Below, one piece after another: positions 26,629 through 41,070 of a stretch of DNA of 64,000 nucleotides. The DNA is from Lophium mytilinum (taxonomy: Eukaryota): contig MU004181.1 of the NCBI GenBank assembly GCA_010093605.1, positions 2,418,001 to 2,482,000 on the forward strand. The letters run 5' to 3'. The translations under genes and the position numbers were made by a program. Below the pieces are notes generated by a model. It did no database searches. It was given only the letters and a program-made list of their open reading frames with translations, and was not told the origin of the DNA. The stretch's first letter is position 1. Every line of letters begins with the position of its first letter.

Positions 26629-27742
26629 ATGGTCTCGTTCACAGTATTCAAAGGCTCCAAGGATGGCTCCATCCAAAAGAGCACCACTTCCAAGGCTGCA
26701 CTCACTGGCAACCAAGTCCGCGTCCGCGTCACCGCCTCCGGTGTCTGCGGCACTGATGAGCACTATCGAGAGCTAGACATGGTCCTCGGCCACGAGGGCA
26801 TGGGTGTCATTGAAGAAGTTGGGCCCGAGGTCCAGCACTCCAAGAAAGGCGACCGCGTTGGATGGGGCTATGAGACTAATGCATGTGGACATTGCGAGTT
26901 CTGTCTCTCTGGCCGTGAGACGTTCTGCCCAGAGCGTGAGTTGTACGGGACTGGCAACTTCGATCAGGGGTAAGTGGACTTCAGAAATTGGAGGAAGTTA
27001 TCATTTTGCTAAGATCGTTTTCACAGATCATTTGCCCACCAAGCCATATGGAACGAGAGCTTTCTTTTCAAGATCCCGGATTCCATCCCAGACGAGGAGG
27101 CTGCACCCTTGATGTGCGGCGGTGCGACTGTCTTCAATGCTCTCCGCATGTACGACATCCAACCTGACTCACGAGTCGGTGTGATTGGAATTGGTGGGCT
27201 CGGTCATCTGGCCATCCAATTCGCGGCCAAGATGGGATGTGAAGTCGTGGTTTTCAGCAGCTCCGAATCGAAGAGAGAGGAGGCTATATCCTTTGGCGCT
27301 ACCGAGTTCTTTGCCACAAAAGGGCTCAGGGAACTCGATATCGGGAGGAAAATCGATTGCTTGTTGGTCACGTCCAGCTTTCAGCCTGGTAAGCGGCGAC
27401 TACCCTTACCATTGTTTAATTGGGGTACTAACAAGATGGATAGACTGGACCTTCTACCTCCCCCTGATGAACATGGATAGCGTCATCTTCCCCCTATCCG
27501 TCTCATCGGGTAATTTGGAAATCCCATACATGCCGATTATCGCACAGGGCATTCGTATTCAGGGAGCTCTTGTCGCCAGTCGCGGTATACATACGCGCAT
27601 GCTCGCGTTTGCCGCTCAGCACCATATCAAGCCTACAATAATGACGTACCCTATGAGTGTAGATGGGATCACGGAAGCAATGCAAAAGCTTAACGATGGG
27701 AAGATCAGGTATAGGGCTGTTTTGCTGCCTGAAAAGGCGTAA
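26629..27742 (+). CDS. Zinc-dependent alcohol dehydrogenase (cinnamyl-alcohol-dehydrogenase-like MDR)
   Basis: GVCGTD, GHEG, structural Zn CGHCEFC...C, APLMCGGATV, GIGGLGHLAIQFA and GKIRYRAVL; introns about 26970-27027 and 27389-27443. Confidence 0.92.
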
Positions 27743-28041
27743 GGGTGTGTTTTTTGGTTCAGTGGGCTTTTGGGAATGAAGAACAAGCGAGCATTTTCTT
27801 ATATCTCTTCGATCTTGCATTTGGTAGCGTAATGATAGCATTTCCACGTATGACCTAATCGTCCTTATGCAGCGGAATTGCCATAGAATTGGTAAATGGC
27901 GCCGTTCTTCATTCCCAAGATAGGTAGTTCAAGGGCACACTTTTCCAATTTCAAACGCTGTGCTCATATGGCCAAGAGCTTTCACAGCAGCAAACATCAA
28001 AAAAAGGCACAATCATATCCTAGGTTCTCTGCAAGCCCTCA

Positions 28042-28831
28042 CTAGAAAACAACATCTCCATCCTCCAAGACCTGTTCCACCGCCACCTTAAACCACTCCC
28101 TCGCCATTCCCCTTTCCGCATCCAACCCATTAGCCAGCCTCGACGACATGCTCACGCCGCAAACCCCCTTCCCTCTCTCATACGGAAACCCCTCACCCCC
28201 TTTCCCCAGCTTCCGGCTACATACCCCGTCCAGAAACTCACACCACACCACCCTCCTCCGCCGCATTAAGCAACCAAAACTCTCCCGCCTTCTCACTATT
28301 CCACACACTCACATACCGATCCCGCGCGACGAAGCTCGCCGGCTCCTCTCGCGCCTCCGCCATTGCAGCCGCGAAGGCGGCGTGCAAAGGCGTGGGATTA
28401 TGCGGGTTTAAGTCAATGATGTAGTGGCGCGCTGCCGCGTTGAGGAGGGCGCGATTGAACACGTTCTGCAGCGAGCGCGGGTTCAGGTTGTGCGCAGGGT
28501 CGAAGCCGCGATACCAGACCATACGGACCGCGGAGATGTTAGGGGATTTGCGGGCTTTGTAGTTCCAGCGCGCGATGATGTTGCGGGTTGTGGTGCGGGC
28601 TGGGTCGATGTAGTCGGCGTGGGTGCAGCCTGGGGGAGCACTGGGAGGGAGATCAGCGAGGGGATCTCGAGGTTAGGGCATTGGTAAGAGCGCTCTTGGT
28701 GTAGGTGGTCGGGCGCTGGGAGCTTACTTATGCTGCTTGTCTATCTCGGCGGAGAGGGCTTCCATGAATGTGTTTCGCTTTTGGTCAACGGAGAGCTTTT
28801 GACGGCTTGGGAGCGCAATGTGCTGCGCCAT
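28042..28831 (-). CDS. Hypothetical protein, spliced
   Basis: ATG at 28831 (MAQHIALPSRQKL...), intron signals at about 28641-28727, continuing open frame (HADYIDPARTTTRNIIARWNYK...VWYRGFDPAHNLNP); 3' end uncertain. Confidence 0.45.
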
Positions 28832-29067
28832 TGTATAGGAGGTGAAGAGGTGAAACTAAACCCCCCATTCAGAGCGAGGTTGTTATGAGGTTGGAGGGGG
28901 AGAGTGGAAGGTGCTCAGAGACGTCACCACTAGACCAGCCGAACAGAACACTTACGGGTGGCCGCATACAGATGCACAGCAATAGAAATAGGAAGAGATC
29001 TCAATGATAACTTATAGGTTTATGCACAAGAATATCTAGAGTAAAAAAAACATACATCGCCATTAGC

Positions 29068-30013
29068 TTACAGCTTCGCATTGATCACGGTGCCTCCGTC
29101 AAGGGTGATGGTCGCTCCATTTACAAAACCACCAGCCTTGCTCCCTAAGAATAAACATGCGCCTGCAACGTCTGTAGGCGATCCAATCCTGCCTAGAGGT
29201 GATTCGCTCTTGATTTTATCCCCAAATTTCTTCAGTGTTGCCGCCATCATCTTACTCTCGAAGGGTCCACATGCTAGCACGTTGGACGTTATATTACGCG
29301 GGCCGAGGTGTACAGCGAGCACGCGGCTCAGGTGGTGTAGACCGGCCTTGCTGGCAGAATATGCGAAAGTAGAGAGAGCTGGCACCCGTAGGCCGTCAAT
29401 GCTACCGATGTTTATGACACGCGCGGGGTCTTCGGGGGTGGCCGCGGCTTCGAGGAGAGGAGTCACTTGCTGAGTGATGGTGAAGACGCGCTTGAGGTTT
29501 AGTGTAATCACGCGGTCCCAGGCGCTGTCGGGGTAGGTATCGTAGGGTTCGCCCCAGTTGCTGCCGCTGTTGTTGACGAGGATGTGGAGTTCTGTTAAAA
29601 GTCCAAAGTAAGCAATGGCCTTTCAAGATCTGATTTTCTAAAGCGGAAGGGCCACTGTATGTGGAAAAGTAGAAACATACTCTTTTCTTTCTTCTTCAGC
29701 TCATCAGCTAGGTTCTTGCAGTCCCCTTCCTTGTAGAAGTCCGCGGTAATGTAATGGGCGCTTCCTTTGCCCAAAGCATTGAGTTCTTTACATGCCTGTT
29801 CGCATGACTTCGCGTCTCGAGACGCTATGTACACCTTTGCGCCGTTTTGCACGAAGCCCTCTGAGATCATACGTCCAATGCCCTTGGCGCCTCCAGTGAC
29901 CAGCACCACTTTGTCCTAGCTAACGTCAGTTGTTTATTCCTAAATCGAGAAAGCGCGGGCTGGTCGCGTAGAAGAGTGGTCACCTTAACGTTGAACAGGT
30001 TCTGGATATCCAT
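29068..30013 (-). CDS. Short-chain dehydrogenase/reductase (RhlG-like 3-oxoacyl reductase family)
   Basis: MDIQNLFNVK|DKVVLVTGGAKGIG, HILVNNSG, INIGSIDG, AYSASKA, SPLGRIG and NGATITLDGG; two introns. Confidence 0.9.
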
Positions 30014-30417
30014 CTTCAAGAGCAGAATTAACAGTAGGGAAAGGAAAGAGAAGCAGAGACAGCTTTCATGTCGGAAGTACGAACCATCTATTGCTCGGGA
30101 TTGAAATCCGATGAGAACCCGGGGAACAAACCGAGGCTCGGACCGAGGGTTTTTCCACCCCGAAGGAACCTCCTTTTAGTTGCATATGGCGTTCATCAAC
30201 AAGAGCCAAGAGTCCTCGAGTTCCATCAGATTAACGTTTTCGTGATCCATTGTACTCAATGTACTTGTGATCATAATGCTCGGAAAGACGCGGTGGATGT
30301 TTGCTCCGCGAAGCCGCGTGTAGCCATCTGCTGTGCGATTGTCTCTCTTGGCTGCACTACTTCTACGACTGACCTCGCAATCCTCACCCCGCCTCAAGTG
30401 CAATCGTGGCTACCAGA

Positions 30418-31658
30418 ATGCTCCCCAATGATGTTCTCATTCTGCTGTTCTCAGAGCTAGACGTTGACTCTCTCCTGAACTCACGCCTAGTTTGTCAGCT
30501 ATATCATGATTTGATTCAAACCCACATATTCTCTCTTTCTCGAGCCGTGGCTAGGAACACATTTCCAGGCTCTCCACGAATCCTTCTACCGCCGGATGAT
30601 GGCATCTACAACCTACGATGGCTAAAGCGTCTCCGACGCCAACAGATGGGAGCCATATTGATCGAGTGCGGAACCAGAACTTCATACTCAAAACGGCCAC
30701 ATTATTGGGCCTCAGCCGAAGAACCCCGTTATGATGATCTCAAGAATCAGATCGCCTGCGGGCTTGAAACACTAGCACAGTTCTCTCGTATTGCGAAAGA
30801 GGTTGATGCCTTGGCTCCTCATGAGCTTCGCTCAACGAAAGAGATTGACTTTCCTATCACTAGTGCTGAGATCAAGGATAAGATCGGAGACGAAGATATA
30901 CGAGAGCGCGAGCGGGATATGGGTAAGAAGTTTGCTCCGCCTTGAGATTGTGTTCTACTAACTTACTATGCACAGCTACTCAGCACTACGGTACAACTGT
31001 TAGAAGAAGGCGGATCGCTCATAGCTTGTTCGGGAAGCCACATAACCGGCCAACCATACTCGGCACTAAGAATTATACCTTGAGCGACGATATCGAAATG
31101 GTCTGGCGCCGAGAGTGGGAAATATGTCGTCTGAGAATCGAGTTTGCAAGAAGCCTACCACTAGAACGCCTCAAGAACTTTCTCATCATGTTTGAATGCC
31201 TTGGAGCCTCCTTTGGGAGTATGTATATGAGATGGAATCTCGATCCTCCACACTCTAGATGGCTTCTTTTGTCGGGAAAGAAGTCGAAGATCGATCGTTC
31301 ATATACTACTTGGGCTGGTTGGTGTGTACTCAAAGAGGGACCACAGATGTTTTGGCATCAGTGGTGGAAAAATCGCGAGCTAGGTTCTTCACATTCTACC
31401 CACTACGTTCGCGATACAATATACCACTGTTGGGACGACCGGAGCTTTCTTCAGCGAGCCGTTGAACAAGAGGTCTGGGCAGATACTCTTTGGGCGCTTA
31501 AGATACTTAGAAAAATGGTTCCTCACATATATCAAAGGAGTAAGGGCTTGGGAGATACAGGGGTGCCACAGACATTGCCAGATGTCCCCTTTCTGGTCGG
31601 TCTGGAGGCGGAGTACTTTGTCAATGCCGATAGTAGTGTGGTGAAGTTCTTCTTTTGA
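30418..31658 (+). CDS. F-box domain protein
   Basis: N-terminal LPNDVLILLFSELDVDSLLNSRLVCQLYHDLI fits the F-box consensus; intron about 30923-30975 (GTAAGA...CTAAC...CAG) joins the two ORFs. Confidence 0.75.
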
Positions 31659-34276
31659 ACCATCATTTCCGTAGAAGACTCTTACTCTAGGGATCAAGCT
31701 ATACTGAGAGGGAAGTACAAGGTAATGCTTGACTTGGTTTCATCATTAGGCTACAAGATTGGGCACGCGGATATCATACCATTTGCGTGTCAGACTTGAC
31801 GATCAGATGACGCCGCTAGGAGTAGCTCAACTATATAGCCTAATATTCGTCAAGATATTACCCGATATCCATCGTTACAAATTTGACTTTATGTTTGTAC
31901 CTTGAAAGCCCATGGGGACACCCCAGGCGGTGACAAACGAGTTTACGAACGTCGGCAAGACACCTACTCGATTCTTGTTCTCTTCCTAGTCTGGGCCAGA
32001 CAGCTATTTGAAGGACTCCAAGCCTAGCCAAACTACAAGCTTCATAATGTCATATCTGCGGGCCTGCGAGTTGGGCGCAAGCACCTGGTGATTGAATTTT
32101 GCTTTACATTGTTCATCACTATAAATTGGAAGAGTGTTGCGATCGTTTTGATAAGCTAGATAGCTGTCTAAGGGCTCCGAGCCTTCCAGTGGTTTGATGT
32201 GTCAAAAAGGTGACTGTATGGCCAATAAAGACAGCTCGAGACGCAATAGGCATAGCCTGGCTTAGACTCCATCAACTTACCTACCCACCCATCTGCATTC
32301 GTATTCGGCACGGGCGGATAGTGGGCGTCGGATATGGCTTTGGAAGCTTCCAAAATGCTGTGTGACGTTCGTTCACCTGAGTCAGCGGGCCAGGGGGTGT
32401 ACACCAAAGCCGAAGACGGTCGTCATTCTGGGGCTGTGGAAAATATTGAAAAGGCAGAAGAATACGATCCTGGCGAGGATCGATGATATATCAGTCCCGA
32501 TGGGAACGTTCGTCGGTGTTAGTAGACTTGGGGCCTATTAATGGAGGTGGGTTGCAGAGGGGCTCTGCTCCCGAGGTCGTCTTCATGCATGCGCGCCCTG
32601 GGCTGACTGCGATCCAACAGGGCCAGGATGAAGAGATGCGGTGATTGGGCGACAGCGAAGCGCCCTCTACTCTCACGGTCTGTTGGTGGAGGGCCGTGTT
32701 CTTTTCTATCATTATTTCGAAACTGTCGAACGACGATATGACGACAGCTTTGGCGCTTTCTGAGACAGGAGACGGCGATCTTGACTCCACTGCTCTGTAG
32801 TTGCATTTGGGAGTGGGACTCTATACGTGGTTCTATGGTTGAGGCTGCGTGCTTCCCGTTCTGCGAGTATTTACATTGTGCCTTGTGCCGGCTGTCTTGC
32901 TGGTTCTCATGCCGGATTTGAGATGCAATCTTGCACAGCGTCTGCAGAAGAAGGATCCATGTGCAGTACTAGATGAATTGAATCATGCACGGAATGCAAA
33001 GAAAACACCTTGCGAAGCAGGACGATGGTGGGGCTAGGACTGGCGATGCATGCCCCAAAGTTCAGCTGCCCCTCTTGGGTAGGAGTATGAGATGCAGTGG
33101 CCACACAGCCGCAGTTTTTCAATACCCGCCGGCAGCAGGTCCCACGTCAGCTGGGCGCCGAACCCTTCGACTTCTCTGCGCGGTGCCGGAGTTGGCGCCT
33201 CTGGCGTGTTGCTGGCGATACTGGTGATGCGGCATCGTGGAGGAGGGCGTGCTGGGGTGGAGCAGAGCAGCATCCACTAAGAGGGCTTGCGGGCCTCGCC
33301 GCCAACACTGGCACATTGGCCCGCTCGAATGAGACGGCTGTACGTAGCGCGGGCGGGTGTTGAAACTGTCACGACGATGGATGGCCCGAATAGGGCCCCA
33401 GTGTCCATGTGAAGCTCCTCCGAATCCCCCTCCAGAGCGCTGCCTACATCCCGCTGCTGCCGCCCATCCTCACGCCTCCTCTTCTGCCTCTCTTCTTTTC
33501 TGCCTCTTCAGCCTCTTCTACCTCCTTGCCTTCTCGTCTGCCTCCTGTGTGTGCCGCCTCAGGATTCGGCCCCCAAACTCCAATCCTGCGGGCTGTCCCA
33601 TCCGCCGTGCCGCCGCCTTGCTGCCTTGCCCAATTCTCGGCCAGGGCTTGCACGCGCCTCAACCTCGAGCCCGTTGTCCCGCTCTCCAAACCCCAGCCTG
33701 AACCACTCCTCGACGCTCGACGCTCGACACTCTGTGCTGTGGACACACTGACGAGTAGTCTCCATTGCAGAACGGTACGCAGCTTCAGTTCTCAAGCTTC
33801 CACTGCCCCCCGCGACTCGTGCTCATCCCACTATCTAGGCAGGCCGTGCTTCGATCGACCGACGGTATCTCTATTCACCCCACGATAACCGCTCTCGCGG
33901 CCCTCCTCCTTCGTTGTTGCGCCAGACCGCTATATCTCCACCTTCGAGTCGGTCAGAGTCGTCGGCTACGTGCAGCGTCCCAGGAACCAAGCAACGCGCG
34001 TTCAGCATTACACAAACAAGAGGCCGACACCCCTCCTCCGTCACTCGCTCGAGAGGCTGGCCGAAACCCTAGGACACGGCCATCCATACCAACAGCTTGC
34101 CCTGCCACAGAGTCACAGTACTCTGACGCACAGTCTACTCTACACCGCCAACCAAGCTCTCCGTTTGGCCGAGCCTTCATTATTACTGAAAGCCCTATAT
34201 CTCTAGCTATAACTTCTTAGTTCTTCGCAACGACGCAGATACGGATTATACTCTGAATTAAAACCCTCCGCTTAAC

Positions 34277-35841
34277 ATGTCTTCTCCCGCCCCCCTCCTA
34301 CGGCCGCCAATTCCTGGCGGGCGACCTAGTAGAGGGCCACCTCGCCTAGGTCTCTCAATACCGCCCTCGCCAAACGCGAGACCTGTCGTCAACGGAAATG
34401 ATAACGCGCCTCAACTCTCTCGACCACAGCTGCCCCAACTCCGGTTAGCTACACCCATGGGCAGTAGTCACACTCCATACGAGGGCCGTCCTCAGCCCAA
34501 GGGACTGCCTCCACTTCAAATCGGAACAGGGGCAGGCCTCTCAGCAAGCGGCTCCAGCGACGCAAGCGGACATTCGAGATCGGGAAGCTTTGGGGAGAAC
34601 GGATATGCAAATGGCGCAACGTCAGCAGTCTCGTCATACTCGCAGGCTTTAGGGTTTCCGGGGCTGCAGAGAACAAACGGCTCTGACCCCATATCAGCAA
34701 TATCTCAAGGCGGGAGTGAAGGTGCACCGGCTATGGAAAGAGAAAATAGCATGGGGCCGCTGCCTGACCTGGAGCAACTTGCTAAGGAGAAGGGCCGACC
34801 CCTGGATGTGGAGGACCTGGATGATGTCGGCTGGAGAGCGGCGAGTTCCAAAGGCCTCATTCAAGAGAAGGGTAGTCTAGGAGAAGGAGCTGGAGGTGCA
34901 GTCACAAAGTGTGTGTTACAGGGTGGAAAGACAGTCTTTGCTTTGAAGGTATGATAATGCGTGAGAGACCACCGTACCATGCTGACCACATTGCTAGATT
35001 ATAACGACGAACCCAGACCCTGACGTCAAGAAACAAATCGTGCGAGAACTTTCGTTCAACAAGAACTGCGCTAGCGATCATATCTGCCGCTACTACGGTG
35101 CCTTCATGGATGATAGCACCGGCACTATCAGTATTGCTATGGAGTTCTGCGAGGGCGGTTCTCTAGACTCGGTCTACCGTGAAGTCAAGAAACTTGGGGG
35201 TCGAACCGGCGAGAAGGTCCTCGGCAAAGTTGCCGAAGGAGTCCTCAACGGACTTACCTACCTCCACTCTCATCGAATCATCCATCGGGACATCAAGCCA
35301 AGTAACATCCTCCTGTGCCGCAATGGCCAGGTCAAGCTTTGCGATTTTGGTGTGTCTGGAGAATTCGGCACGAAAGGCGACGCCAATACCTTCATCGGAA
35401 CTTCGTACTATATGGCTCCTGAGCGGATCACTGGCCAGAGCTACACCATCACCAGTGACGTATGGAGTCTGGGCGTCACTTTACTTGAGGTTGCACAGCA
35501 TCGCTTCCCGTTCCCGGCAGACGGGACCGAGATGAACCCACGGGCAGGACTCATTGATCTGCTTACGTATATCGTAAGGCAGCCGATTCCAAAGCTAAAG
35601 GATGAGCCGGAAAGTGGAATCAGGTGGACGGAGAATTTCAAATACTTCATCGAGTGCTGGTATGTTCTTCCTCGTCGTGTCCTTATGAAACCCTCTCTAA
35701 CCTCTTGGTAGTCTTGAAAAAGAACCTCCCCGCCGAGCAACACCATGGCGCATGCTAGAACACCCTTGGATGGTGGAAATGAAGGCCAAGAAGGTCAACA
35801 TGGAGCACTTCCTCAAGCAAGTGTGGGATTGGAAGGAATAG
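34277..35841 (+). CDS. MKK1: MAP kinase kinase of the cell-wall-integrity pathway (Mkk1/Mkk2 type)
   Basis: Pro-rich N-terminus, [60 protein letters not shown]; introns about 34949-34997 and 35660-35711; stop TAG 35839-35841. Confidence 0.93.
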
Positions 35842-36810
35842 GTCGATACACAGAGTCGACCTTGACTAACCTTTCCCAAATTCGCTGCGGCATTATCGTC
35901 TCATCCTTTGCACGCATGACGCCTTTTTCCGTTCTCATCTATCTTGAACCCCGAGATCTTTGTGTGTCATGTGCTGGACATAGACTATTCGGAAAAGAAA
36001 ATGACGCAATTGTTCTCTCGTTTGGCGGCGCTCATGGAAGACAGTGAGCTTCGCTTGAAGGGCAGGTTGGGAAGAAGGCCCACTTTTGGGCCATGAGGTG
36101 GGCATCATTGGAATGGGAGCGGTGTCGGCAGGCACAGGTAAATGGAGGTGGCTAGAACGAAGGGTTAGCAGCATTGGGTGGGCGTTAGGGTCTTCGCACT
36201 CATCCTAAGATTTGTAGGTTGCTGGACGCTCGCGCTGCTGCCATGTGCTATTCTTAGTTAGGTACCAGTTCCGAATCACGCGTCCGGCGGTTGAAACAGG
36301 CTTGATTATCTGTATTGTCCTTGCTTTGATGTTCATGTTGCCACCGACTTGTACGAATCTAACTTCGCTCACCGATTCAAGTCGCTTTCGCTGCATGTTC
36401 AGTAAGTTTTAGTAACTTCCACCGCAGCTCCTAATCCGACTCTCGTTAATGCATACAGGTTGTCCAGAATTTGCTAGCGGCCTTCCTCCTGAAGTTAGAG
36501 CTATAAACTGAACACAACGTACGGAGTAGGGGTCTCACTCTACGCACATGGGCGACGACACCCCTCGATCTCGCACAACATCGTACAAGACTAACGTAGC
36601 ACTTCATCTAAAGCATTCCCTATCAAGCTAAAACCATTACGCGTCCTCGACTCGAAATAACCTCAAAAACTTGCTCACTAATTGCCCAATCACGCCGTCT
36701 CAAATCCTGCTGCCTGAACCCCACGGCGTCTATGTAAATAGCCTCGAAACCGCAACCACGGGTCCAATACAGTGTCTCAACTCAGGCTCAATGCACAAAT
36801 CCTTGTAATC

Positions 36811-37639
36811 ATGGCTACCAATCAACAAAAACCCCTCCACATCGGCGTCCTCATCCTGCCCCCGGTCCAACTCCTCGACATCTCCCCCATCGACCTCTTT
36901 GGCATGCTCACCCCCGAGTACCTAACCGTATGCAACCTCCCGGCACCTCTCCTCGCTCTCAGCGTCCCTATAAACATTACCTACATCTCGCCAACTGGCG
37001 ATTCACCGGCGCTCTGTACCGCCAACGTCGGCATCCGCATCGACGCCTCCATCGCGTCCCCCGACGTCGCGCCGGGGAAGCTGGATATCCTGCTCATCCC
37101 CGGGCCAGAGCCGAGCGCGGTGCCGGCAGCGCCGGCGCTGGAGTTTGTGAGGGGCCATGTGGAAAATGGGGCGGATTTGCTGAATGTGTGTACGGGACAA
37201 CTTGTAGCAGCGTATGCGGGCGTGCTGGATGGGAGGGTGGCGACGGGGCCAAGGGGATTGTTAGGGAGGCTGAGGGGGGAGTTTCGGGAGGTAAAGTGGG
37301 TAGAGAGGAGATGGGCACGGGACGGGGGGGTTTGGACGAGTGGTGGGTCATTTTTCTTTCCTTCCTTATTTCGTATTTTCATTTTCAGGCGAGGAGAGGA
37401 TTGAGTGTAGATTGCTGACTATGGGTGCTCTAGGTGGGGTTACGAATGGGCAGGATATGGTGGCGGCGTATATACGGCAACGGTGGCCGGGGCCGCTGGC
37501 GGAGGTTGTGTGTAGGTTGGCGGATGTAGGGGATAGAGGGGTGGAGTATGAAATTGGGGCGGTGAGGGAGAATGGGTTTTGGCTGTGGCAGATCTTGAGG
37601 GCTGGGATTGCTGGGCTTTGGAAGGGGAAGCAGGCTTGA
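36811..37639 (+). CDS. DJ-1/PfpI (class I glutamine amidotransferase-like) family protein
   Basis: HIGVLI..PVQLLD, LDILLIPGPEP, nucleophile elbow NVCTG, RWARDGGVWTS|GGVTNGQD; one intron about 37345-37432. Confidence 0.85.
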
Positions 37640-38308
37640 GAATTTGTTGAGAGCATTCAGTGCTGAGTGTGCGCACACTCGCTACTCTGGCTTGCGATGC
37701 GTGGTGGATGGGTGTGAGATATACACAGTACGGTGCGAGTCTTGACTGTAAGGAGAATACTGAGTATTTTCAGATTTGAATACCCTCGTTGCTCTTGCAG
37801 GGTCAAATTCTGGAAATGTGTGCGAGAGGTTTGGCTTGCTAAATGTGAAGAGAGTATAGAGCCAGGACAGGAGGCTTCGAATGCGGACAAAGCACGTAGA
37901 ACAACAAGTGGCAATTAAATCTAATAGGATGAAGAGGCATAGATATGAGTATCGGTCCAGATATACTTTCGTGTTCAGATGTATGTGATGTCGGAACTTA
38001 AGGATGACAATCTCGATGTTCTATCTAGTCACTCTCATGGTGATGTGGTATAGGCAGGCTCACAGCTTTGATGTACAATATGAGGAACGGAATGTTGACT
38101 AAAAGGGAGAAAGGGATGGAGGAGAGGAGATAACCTATCGGAATATTAACCGGATCGGCGAAATGTTCCTCCGACCCCTGCCAAAATTTGATGCTGCAAA
38201 CTCGGAAGAGTCCAACACCATCGACTCCCACTTCAGAGCACCTCAACAGCCAGGAACTGCTCTACTTGCTACTAACAGAGCGCCTCGTCGAGGACCATAG
38301 TTGCCAAA

Positions 38309-40030
38309 ATGCAAAAAGAGCAATCCCCGTTCACATCTGATCAAGAGTCGGATAGTAACCAAGATTCGAGTACCTGGGACTCAGATGCACAAGACGAAGC
38401 GCATAACGATAGCCCTCGGAAACGAAGAAGGTTGTCTGATCCTTCAGATGAAGAAATAAAACCATCTCAGCCTTCACTACCATCATCTTCATTATCGCGC
38501 ATAAAAGCCAAGAAAATAGGACTCCTTGACCTAGAAGCTGAAAGACTGGACCCTGCGTCTGGTTTCGTAACCAAGCAACAAAAGACTACCTTCTCTGATA
38601 TTGGGGTCGCGCCATGGCTAGTGGCGTCTCTAGCAGCCATGCAAATCACGAGACCCACTGGAATTCAAGAGACTTGCATTCCCGAGATCATTAAAGGGAG
38701 GGACTGTATCGGCGGAAGCAGAACCGGGTCTGGAAAGACTGTGGCTTTCATGACGCCGATATTGCAGAAGTGGGCGGAGGATCCAGTCGGGATATTTGCC
38801 GTAATCCTGACACCTACCAGGTTGGAAACTTCCCTCATTGTAGTAGACCGATTTACTGATGCTCTGGCAGAGAATTGGCACTTCAAATCTTCGAACAAGT
38901 TAAGGCAGTGTCGTCACCAGTTTCGCTCAAGCCGTGCCTGATAACAGGTGGGAGTGATCACCGTGCACAAGCACTTGCGTTATCGCAGCGACCTCATGTA
39001 GTCATTGCAACTCCAGGTAATACCAACCTAAATAGGATGTTTTTCAGCAGGGACTAAATCGTTTTATAGGGCGATTAGCCGATCATATCGACACTTCCGG
39101 AGAAGACACTATCGGTGGCCTTCGAAGAGTTCGATTTCTCGTGCTTGATGAAGCCGATCGGCTCCTTGCAACTGGCAATGGCAGTATGGTTCCTGACCTC
39201 GAAACTTGCCTGGATATCTTACCACCGTCGACCGAGCGTCAGACTCTTCTCTTTACCGCTACTGTTACCCCAGAAGTAAGAGCTATCAAGGAAAATCCGC
39301 GTCCGGCAGGGCGACCTCCATTCTTTGTATGTGAGGTTGATACCGAAGTTCTTGCCATCCCAGCCACACTAGAGCAGAAGTATCTGCAAGCCCCGGTCAC
39401 TCACCGCGAATCATTTCTTCATATTCGTAAGTCGAAAAAGCATCTTTTTGACTGTTTGAGCTAACCAAAACAGTTCTCCTCACCCCATCGAACCTCACAA
39501 AGAGCATTATAATCTTTTGCAACAGGACTAGCACAGCGACCTTCCTTGAGCATATGCTCAGGCTGTTGGAGCACAGAGTGACCTCACTACATTCAGCATT
39601 ACCGCAGGCTGACCGAGTATCCAATCTCGCCCGCTTTCGTGCTAGGGCAGCAAGAATCCTCGTGGCTACAGATGTCGCCGCGCGTGGTCTTGATATCCCC
39701 GAAGTCGCGATGGTCATTCACTACGACCTTCCGCGAGACCCCGACGACTATATCCACCGCAGTGGACGGACAGCAAGAGCTGGGAGATCAGGTGAGAGTG
39801 TGAGTTTCATTGGCCAGCGAGATACGGGTCTCATTCTTGCGATCGAAGAGCGGGTCGGGAAGAAAATGGTAGAGTACGAGGAGGAGGGTGTCAGCATCGA
39901 AGGGCGGGTCATCAGGGATGCTTTGAAGATTGTTGGCGAAAAGAAGAGGGAAGCGATGCTACAAATCGAGGAAGGCAGGAATGTTGTGGGGAAGAGGAAG
40001 AAGGGAATGCAGAAACGTGTCAAGGCCTGA
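38309..40030 (+). CDS. DBP8: DEAD-box RNA helicase Dbp8 (40S biogenesis)
   Basis: Q motif [51 protein letters not shown] and [12 protein letters not shown]; three introns. Confidence 0.9.
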
Positions 40031-40265
40031 AATAGGTCGTCGGAAAGTAACATTAAATCACAGTATGTTCATCTCAAAGAGTGTATCCACCTTGAATGTA
40101 TGTGTGGCTTTTGTAACTCTATAGAGTAATTCAGTGAGCAGGGTTCTGAATTCCTATGCAGGTTCTGCTGATAACATGAGTGAAGATACAGAAAGCAATA
40201 GCCTTTGTCATTGCCCTATGGAGAAACCTCGCAGAGGAGCCTCTTCCTATTGCCCACGGTGATAT

Positions 40266-41070
40266 CTACCACAAGCCTAAAAGCTTCTTCCGTTGTGGCA
40301 TGGCTTGGAAGTCCTCGCACTCACCGGAGTTGTAGGCTTCCTTGCTCTCGCGATATGCCGCCTCATCATCGCGATCGAAATCTCCCTCAGACCCAGAGCT
40401 GCCTTCGATGACCTCGCGTCCACGGCGCGCGGTATCGGGAATCGGTGCTTTGTCGTTCTCCAAGGGCTTCTGAAGGGAAACCGACGGAGCGAGTTGAGCA
40501 TGGTCCATCTCTTCTTCGGGATCGACATCATCGTCCAACTGTCCGATACTCTTCAGATACGCGCTACGATCAATCCTACGGTCGATGTAGCCACGGCCCG
40601 GCATCTTCGCCATATACACCCAGCTGTGGCCCACCTTTGGCTTGACGTGGAAGACAATTCGAGCACCTCCTGACTTGTTATCGTGGACCCAGTAAGGCCT
40701 GATCGCCTGCGTGGTGCGAAGCCCGGCTTTCTGGATGATGCTGGCATGCGTGTAGATCTGTTGACATATTAGCATATTCGCCGTCAACCTTCGTATATAG
40801 TGGACTTACCAGCAGGCTCACGATCCCTTCATAGCGTGGGTCATCCAGATCAAGCTCTCCCTTCTCATTGAACCAGCTGGGCTGGAAGAGGTAATCGACG
40901 TTGATGTTGTTGTATGCGCTCTTGCAGAGGGACGGCCACCAGTTCTGGCGGATGAAGCAAATTACAGAGGTGAACCCCGGACTGGCGCCATCTTCAGCGG
41001 AGGTGTAGGCAGGAGGATTTGTTGGCGGTGACTCTGGAGGAGTAGGCGGAGGAGTCAAAGAGCGCGACAT
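40266..41070 (-). CDS. Hypothetical protein
   Basis: ATG 41070; canonical intron 40758-40809 (GTAAGT...GCTAAT...CAG) joins the two ORFs; no recognised family. Confidence 0.6.

Noticed and set aside
31900..34270. Many short ORFs between the F-box gene and MKK1
   Set aside because: No recognisable motifs or consistent splice structure; the pyrimidine-rich part looks like the MKK1 promoter and long 5' leader.
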